Positions 58,558-64,000 of a stretch of DNA of 64,000 bases are shown here, piece by piece (the first letter of the stretch is position 1; the number at the start of each line of letters is the position of its first letter). Source of the stretch: a virus; the IMG/VR virus record IMGVR_UViG_3300042351_000809; one strand, given 5' to 3'. The position numbers were made by a program, and so were the translations under genes. Below the pieces are notes generated by a model that saw nothing but the letters and a program-made list of their open reading frames with translations, was not told the origin of the DNA and made no database searches.

Positions 58558-59310
58558 ATGAAAATATTACCGCTTTTTAAAAGCCATTACAGTATAGGTA
58601 AGTCAATCTTAACTCTAGACAAAGCAGGGACTTCATCCAAAGAAGGATCTTCTTCAATCGTAGACATAGCTAAAGATAATAAACTAGAGCAAATATTCTT
58701 AGTAGAAGAGAATATGAGTTCTTTTCTTGATGCTTTTAAGAACTTTAAGATTCCATTCTATTATGGCTTGAGACTTGAACTTTGTCCTGATATCAACGAC
58801 AAGACAGAAGAATCTCTTAAAAAATCTAGTAAAATTATAGTCTTTGCAAAAAATGGAAGTGGCTACAAGAAACTAATTAAAATATTTAGTATTGCTGCCA
58901 CAAATGGTTTTTATTACACCCCAAGAATAGACGAAAAGACCTTGACTCAAGAGTGGGATGAGTCTAGCCTGAAGTTGTGTGTACCGTTCTATGATTCATT
59001 CTTGTTTAATAACACAATGTCTTATTCCTTGTGCTGCCCAGAATTAAAGTTCACTAAACCTACGTTTCTGGTAGAAGATAATGGCCTTCCATTTGATCAC
59101 ATTGTAAAACAGAAAGTAATTAACTTCTGTAAAGATGAGTACGAGATGGTTCCTGCAAAAAGTATTTACTATAACACAAGAGAAGATTTTAAATCGTATC
59201 TGACGTTTAGATGCATCAATAATAGAACAACTCTTAATAAGCCAAACTTAGAACATATGTGTAGCGCAGAATTTAGCTTTGAAAGCTGGAAGGAGGCAAA
59301 TGCTGTATGA
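58558..59310 (+). CDS. DNA polymerase III alpha, separate N-terminal PHP domain
   Basis: FKSHYSIGKS.L (degenerate HxHS.YS), G.R, FAKN..GYK.L.KI.S.A...GFYY.PRID. Confidence 0.8.
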   Translation: MKILPLFKSHYSIGKSILTLDKAGTSSKEGSSSIVDIAKDNKLEQIFLVEENMSSFLDAFKNFKIPFYYGLRLELCPDINDKTEESLKKSSKIIVFAKNGSGYKKLIKIFSIAATNGFYYTPRIDEKTLTQEWDESSLKLCVPFYDSFLFNNTMSYSLCCPELKFTKPTFLVEDNGLPFDHIVKQKVINFCKDEYEMVPAKSIYYNTREDFKSYLTFRCINNRTTLNKPNLEHMCSAEFSFESWKEANAV

Positions 59311-59945
59311 TGGAAGATCTGCTTCGTTACGATAAGGATAAAGTTTATACTTTTATAGACCTAGAAACAGAGAATCTCTGCCTAAGTTTTATTAATAATC
59401 GCCCTTGGCAGTGCGGCATGATTAGAGTCAAGGGAAATGAAATTTTAGAGACTTCAGATATCTATATCAAATGGGATAAGCCTATTAATGTCAGCAAAGA
59501 GGCGGCAGTAATCACCCGTTTTGATCAGTATAAATATAATAAAATTGCAGTACACTCAAGCGAAGCAATCAAGACGATTGATCAGTGGCTAGAGAAGTGT
59601 GATTATATTGTGGGTCATAATGTCCTTAATTTTGATATTTATCTAATCAAGGACTATTACGAAACATATGGAAAAGAATGGAAGCATTTGGTTAATAAAG
59701 TCATTGACACAAACTGCCTAGCTAAAGGTATTAAATACGAGATTCCTTATTCTAAGGATATCAGCTTAATTGAATATCAGTATAGAATATTGAACGAAAG
59801 ACGCAAAGGAGTAAAAACTAATTTAACTGCACTTGGAAAAGAATACGATATTGATCACGATTACGAAACCTTGCACGACGCACTTAACGACTTACATTTA
59901 AACATCAAAGTATGGAACAAGCTCAAATTCCAGATCGCAATATGA
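59307..59945 (+). CDS. DEDDh 3'-5' exonuclease (DnaQ/epsilon-like)
   Basis: IDLETE, VGHN...FD, IDT, HDAL.D. Confidence 0.9.
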   Translation: MMEDLLRYDKDKVYTFIDLETENLCLSFINNRPWQCGMIRVKGNEILETSDIYIKWDKPINVSKEAAVITRFDQYKYNKIAVHSSEAIKTIDQWLEKCDYIVGHNVLNFDIYLIKDYYETYGKEWKHLVNKVIDTNCLAKGIKYEIPYSKDISLIEYQYRILNERRKGVKTNLTALGKEYDIDHDYETLHDALNDLHLNIKVWNKLKFQIAI

Positions 59946-62500
59946 ATTTTACTAAAGACTTTCAAAAATACGACCTTGGCTTGCACGGTCTTAGAATGCC
60001 TGTCTTTGAAATTGATCAAAGGCATAAGTCTAGACTTAATCTAGTCGCTGCTACTTCTAATTATGACTTCTTAAGAAGCCTAGCTAGAGAAGGGTTTTAT
60101 AAGCTTAATCTTGAAAAAGGAAGTGAGCTTTATAAGAGGTATGTTGATCGCGTTAATTATGAATTGCAAATTCTGCAAGAACTAGAGTTCATTGATTATA
60201 TTATCCTAATTTGGGATGTAATTAACTATTGCAGAGAGAATAACATTCCCACTGGACCGGGAAGAGGATCTTGCGCTGGTTCACTTCTCTTATTTCTCAT
60301 TGACGTAACCAAAATTGACCCCATTAAGTATGAACTGTTCTTTGAGCGTTTCATCTCTAAAGCTAGAGCAAAGAAAACTGTGATAGAAGGAGTTACATAT
60401 TTCGATGGCTCCCTATTCCCTGACGTTGACCTAGATATCTGTTATTATAATCGCCATAAAGTTATTACTTATCTTGAAGAAAAGTTCAAGGGCAAGACTT
60501 CTAAAATCTTAACTCTTAATACTTTAAGTTCAAAACTCTGCATTAAGGAATCAGGAAAAGTAGTGGCGGAAAAGCAGGAAAGCGAGATGAATGATGTCTC
60601 GTCTTATATTCCAAAGCTCTTCGGACAAGTTAAGAGTCTTGAGGATGCAATTACGGAAAGCGAAAAGTTCGCTGAGTGGGCAGGAGATAATGAAGAGGTT
60701 TACAAAATCGCCTTAAAACTTCAAAATCTTAATAAGAATAAAGGTGTTCATCCTTCTGGTCTTTTGCTGGCTCATTCTCCTCTTGAAGAGTCTTGTCCTG
60801 TAGAGCTTTCTTCTGATAAGCAGATTGTATCTAGCTATGACATGAATAATGTTACGGCATACAATATCAAACTTGATTTGCTAGGTTTAAGAGGCGTTTC
60901 GGTTGTTGATGACGTTTGTAAATCTCTTGGTATTAGATATGAGGACATTGATGTAAATGATGTTTTCATATATCAGCAACTGCAAGATTTTAAACTTCCT
61001 CATGGGTTATTCCAAATTGAGGCAGAAACGAACTTCAAAGTCTGCCAAAAGGTAAAACCAAAAAACCTTGAGCAACTAAGCGGTGTATTGGCTCTTGCTC
61101 GCCCCGGCGCACTTCAGTTCATTGATAAGTATGCCAACTATACTAACAATGATCATTATGAAAGTATCCATCCTTTCTTTGATGACATCTTAGGTGTAAC
61201 TGGAGGCGTTTGCTTGTATCAAGAGCAGTTAATGAAGATGGTGAGCAAAGTTGGCTTTTCTCTTGATGAAGCAGAAATCGTTCGACGCTGTGTAGGCAAA
61301 AAGAAGGTCGAAGAGATGAAAGAATGGGAGCAGAAGATCAAAGACAAAATCTCTGAACAAAAGCTTGATCCTAAGATTGGTGAAGTCCTCTGGAGAATTG
61401 CTAATGACTCTGCTAATTACCAATTTAATAAATCTCATTCTGTGGCTTATGCTGCTCTTGCCGCAATCTCAATTTATCTAAAATTCAAATATCCCCAGCA
61501 ATTCTTCTTGTCTCTCCTCAAGATGAGCAAGCACGAACCAGATCCAATTGGAGAAATTTCTAAAATTGAAAAGGAACTTGTGTATTTCAATATTAAACTT
61601 CTTCCACCTCATCTATTAAAATCAAAAGAAGAGTTCTGTATTGAAGGCGAGAACATCCGCTTTGGACTTCTGTCTGTTAAAGGAATCAGCGAGAAGACTG
61701 TCAAAGCTGTTAATGAGTTCAGAAAAGAATTTCAAAACAAGTTCGACATCTTTGAGACCGCATCCCAAGCCAACCTGAATATCGGAGTTCTTTGCGCCTT
61801 GATTCAAGCTGGTGCTTTGGACGGTGACTTCAAGCAGTCTAGAAGCAAAATAGTATATGAAGCCCAGCTTTGGAACGTCTTAACTAATAAGGAGAAGATT
61901 AATGCAAAGCTATTTGGCGAGACTTTTGATTATGACTTAGTTAAAATCCTTATGCATATGAAGGACAATAAGGATGTTCAAGGCAAACCTTATATTAAAG
62001 AATCAAGACTTCAGACCTTGCGAACCAAAGCAGATCCCTATAAAAAGATCTATGAAATCAATAGTAAGTCAGAGAGTTTTGCTAATTGGTTTTATGAGAA
62101 TTCTATTATTGGATATAGCGTTAGGAATAAACTGAGGGAAGTTTTTATTTCAAAGAAAGATGATCTAGTTTATATTAAAGACATTGCGGACTTTGCCGAG
62201 AAAGATGAAGTCTCATTTATTGGAGTTATTCAAGAGTGCAAGTCAGGAGTTTCAAGAGAGAAGAAAACTAGATATTTCAAGATGCAAATCTCAGATGAAA
62301 CTGCATCAGTTAACGTCATGATCTTCTCTGATAAGATCGATGATATGCAGAACCTAAACAACAGGATGCCAAAAGAAGAAGACATTGTTATCGTTACTGG
62401 ACAGAAGTTTGGAGACTCTGTATTTGCTAGACTTGTAGCCATTCAAACTCATACAGTTTACACTAAACTTTCCCAATTAAAAGCCGAAAAAAATAATTGA
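59942..62500 (+). CDS. dnaE: DNA polymerase III alpha catalytic part (palm, fingers, HhH, OB) lacking the PHP domain; start at MNFTKDF
   Basis: GPGRGS.AGSL, FERF, PDVDLD, HPSG, KLDLLGL, LFQ.E, LARPG, YQEQ.M, YQFNKSHS.AY, IRFGL..VKG. Confidence 0.95.
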   Translation: MNFTKDFQKYDLGLHGLRMPVFEIDQRHKSRLNLVAATSNYDFLRSLAREGFYKLNLEKGSELYKRYVDRVNYELQILQELEFIDYIILIWDVINYCRENNIPTGPGRGSCAGSLLLFLIDVTKIDPIKYELFFERFISKARAKKTVIEGVTYFDGSLFPDVDLDICYYNRHKVITYLEEKFKGKTSKILTLNTLSSKLCIKESGKVVAEKQESEMNDVSSYIPKLFGQVKSLEDAITESEKFAEWAGDNEEVYKIALKLQNLNKNKGVHPSGLLLAHSPLEESCPVELSSDKQIVSSYDMNNVTAYNIKLDLLGLRGVSVVDDVCKSLGIRYEDIDVNDVFIYQQLQDFKLPHGLFQIEAETNFKVCQKVKPKNLEQLSGVLALARPGALQFIDKYANYTNNDHYESIHPFFDDILGVTGGVCLYQEQLMKMVSKVGFSLDEAEIVRRCVGKKKVEEMKEWEQKIKDKISEQKLDPKIGEVLWRIANDSANYQFNKSHSVAYAALAAISIYLKFKYPQQFFLSLLKMSKHEPDPIGEISKIEKELVYFNIKLLPPHLLKSKEEFCIEGENIRFGLLSVKGISEKTVKAVNEFRKEFQNKFDIFETASQANLNIGVLCALIQAGALDGDFKQSRSKIVYEAQLWNVLTNKEKINAKLFGETFDYDLVKILMHMKDNKDVQGKPYIKESRLQTLRTKADPYKKIYEINSKSESFANWFYENSIIGYSVRNKLREVFISKKDDLVYIKDIADFAEKDEVSFIGVIQECKSGVSREKKTRYFKMQISDETASVNVMIFSDKIDDMQNLNNRMPKEEDIVIVTGQKFGDSVFARLVAIQTHTVYTKLSQLKAEKNN

Positions 62501-62534
62501 TAAATCACGTTTTTTCAGGCAAAATAATGTCTGA

Positions 62535-63119
62535 ATGAACCTACAATTTTATAAGGGAAATGCAAAAGTAACTGGAACCGCTTGCTCTTTTCAAACGAAG
62601 GATACCTCTTTGTTTGTTAATTTTATCAAGCAGCACTCTTGGAACGAAGCCAAGAAGCTTGGGTCTTTTCGTGAGAACGCAAAGAACCCAGAGAAGACTA
62701 CTGTATTAAAGTTTAATGCAGTCGAAGCAGCAGGTATCGTAGATGCAATCAACAGAAATGCTGAGTATAAGTTCTATCATACCGCTCCTAACTCAAATGC
62801 AATGGGCAAATTCTGCCCGTATCTCAGAGACAATAATCAGATTGGATTTTCTTTCAACGCCTCAAAGGAACAAAAGGGGGATTCAGTTAATAAGGTTAGC
62901 TTTTTGATTGGCTTCACTTTCGCAGAAGCAATTCTCGTCAAAGAGTTCTTGCAAGAGTTTATCAGAAACTCTTTCTATGCTCAAGACAAGGCCGCTTCAG
63001 CCCCAAAGGAGACTCAAGAGGAGGAAGCCCCAAAGAAGCCAGCTTATAATAAAATTCAACTAAATCAAACTGCTGCCCAAACTGAAGCAGAGGCTCAAGC
63101 AGAAGAACTCGTATTCTAA
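62535..63119 (+). CDS. Probable ssDNA-binding protein (Whirly/PC4-like) with an acidic C-tail
   Basis: Position after dnaE, FYK.N....G.ACSF beta-rich core, tail ending EELVF; promoter TTGATA-17-CAAAAT upstream. Confidence 0.5.
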   Translation: MNLQFYKGNAKVTGTACSFQTKDTSLFVNFIKQHSWNEAKKLGSFRENAKNPEKTTVLKFNAVEAAGIVDAINRNAEYKFYHTAPNSNAMGKFCPYLRDNNQIGFSFNASKEQKGDSVNKVSFLIGFTFAEAILVKEFLQEFIRNSFYAQDKAASAPKETQEEEAPKKPAYNKIQLNQTAAQTEAEAQAEELVF

Positions 63120-64000
63120 TGCGAAAGAAAAAGATAGTAATTCAAACGGATTGGTGCCTCGCTAAAACTGGATTCGGTAGGGCAGCGAAGGAACTAGTCT
63201 CTTACCTGTACAACACGGGCAAGTATGATATTATCCATTACTGCGGGGGAACCCAAGTGGGTTCTCCCGCTTTATCCAAGACTCCTTGGAAGAGTCTTGG
63301 AAGTGTCCCTACCGATCCCAATGAGATTAATAGGATCAATGCCGATCCCGCCCTCGCTAGAGATGTATCCTATGGATCTTATTACATTGATCAAGTAATC
63401 AAGGAAGAGAAGCCTGATATTTGGATTGGAGCGCAAGATCCTTGGGCTTTCACTCAATACTATAATAAACACTGGTATAAGAATATCACTTCTCTTCTTT
63501 GGGTTACCCTTGATTCTCTTCCGATCTATGATGAAGCAATAAATCAAGCAAAGAAGTCTTCTCAATACTGGATCTGGAGTGAGTTTGCTACAAAAGAAAT
63601 GCATAAAATTGGCATCAATAATGCCAGAACCATGCATGGTCCAGTAAATCATTCTAAATTTAGTTATTTGGGAGCCGAGAAAAAGAAGCAGCTTAAGGCG
63701 CGTTTTGGTCTTGGTGATTCTTTTATTGTCGGTTTCGTATTTAGAAATCAACTTCGCAAGTCTGTACCTAACCTGCTAGAAGGTTTTAGAGACTTTACTA
63801 AAAACTATCCCGATGTAAAAAATGCAAAGTTATTGCTCCATACTCATTGGGGCGAAGGCTGGGATATTCATAAGCTTGCAGACGAATATCAAATAGATAG
63901 AAAAGACATTTATACAACTTACGTTTGCAATAAATGTAAAAATTACTTCATTACGCCTTTTCAAGGTCAAGAATTAAAGTGCCCATCTTGTAATTCTGAT
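63119..64000 (+). CDS. GT4 glycosyltransferase with an inserted CxxC...CxxC zinc ribbon (runs off the window; not in the ORF track)
   Basis: Hand translation MRKKKIVIQTDW...TGFGR...EKPDI...QDPW...VFRNQLRKS.P.L.EGF...LLLHT...CNKC...CPSC. Confidence 0.85.
   Translation, partial: MRKKKIVIQTDWCLAKTGFGRAAKELVSYLYNTGKYDIIHYCGGTQVGSPALSKTPWKSLGSVPTDPNEINRINADPALARDVSYGSYYIDQVIKEEKPDIWIGAQDPWAFTQYYNKHWYKNITSLLWVTLDSLPIYDEAINQAKKSSQYWIWSEFATKEMHKIGINNARTMHGPVNHSKFSYLGAEKKKQLKARFGLGDSFIVGFVFRNQLRKSVPNLLEGFRDFTKNYPDVKNAKLLLHTHWGEGWDIHKLADEYQIDRKDIYTTYVCNKCKNYFITPFQGQELKCPSCNSD

Noticed and set aside
40209-62500. Inteins or introns in nrdJ, dnaB, recA or dnaE
   Set aside because: Protein lengths are normal and no intein junctions or LAGLIDADG blocks were seen
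30-63751. Many antisense or nested ORFs in the track (e.g. 5483-5821, 22042-22431, 29152-29592, 31487-31966, 63272-63751)
   Set aside because: They are shadows of well-supported genes on the other strand or frame and show no motifs; 63272-63751 is antisense to the real truncated GT4
1-64000. Alternative genetic code (stop-codon reassignment)
   Set aside because: Conserved genes are full length in the standard code, and TAA, TAG and TGA all end genes

Overview
A 64-kb segment of a large, AT-rich (roughly one third GC by eye), lytic-type tailed dsDNA phage read in the standard genetic code. Genes left of ~36.2 kb lie almost all on the minus strand: small hypotheticals, thyX, a metallophosphoesterase, glycosyltransferase cluster 1, rIIA/rIIB, tRNA-Gly and tRNA-Thr, an outer-membrane beta-barrel, a RuvB-like ATPase, an HNH nuclease, a putative holin/sensor-like/lipoprotein cassette, virion-type proteins, uvsE, hsp20, dUTPase and dCMP deaminase. 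Genes to the right lie on the plus strand: dNMP kinase, a sigma factor, nrdJ, glycosylation cluster 2 with gmd and a ColD-like enzyme, recA, dnaB, primase, a nuclease, a DnaE-type polymerase split over three genes, an SSB-like protein and a truncated GT4. The main signals not explained by the ORFs are: (1) a ~230-nt multi-helix non-coding RNA candidate (36680-36912) with its own TTGACA-17-TAGGAT promoter, next to the strand switch; (2) three promoter classes: sigma70-type (often leaderless), one sigma54 promoter with enhancer-like repeats at hsp20, and a recurring GTGTA(A) motif 8-18 nt before late-type genes; (3) strong avoidance of CCWGG, seen in all 23 Pro-Gly codon pairs checked; (4) about 16 glycosyltransferases, 4 methyltransferases and a Gmd/ColD-like deoxysugar pathway. 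All family assignments come from motif recognition by eye; no database searches were run.
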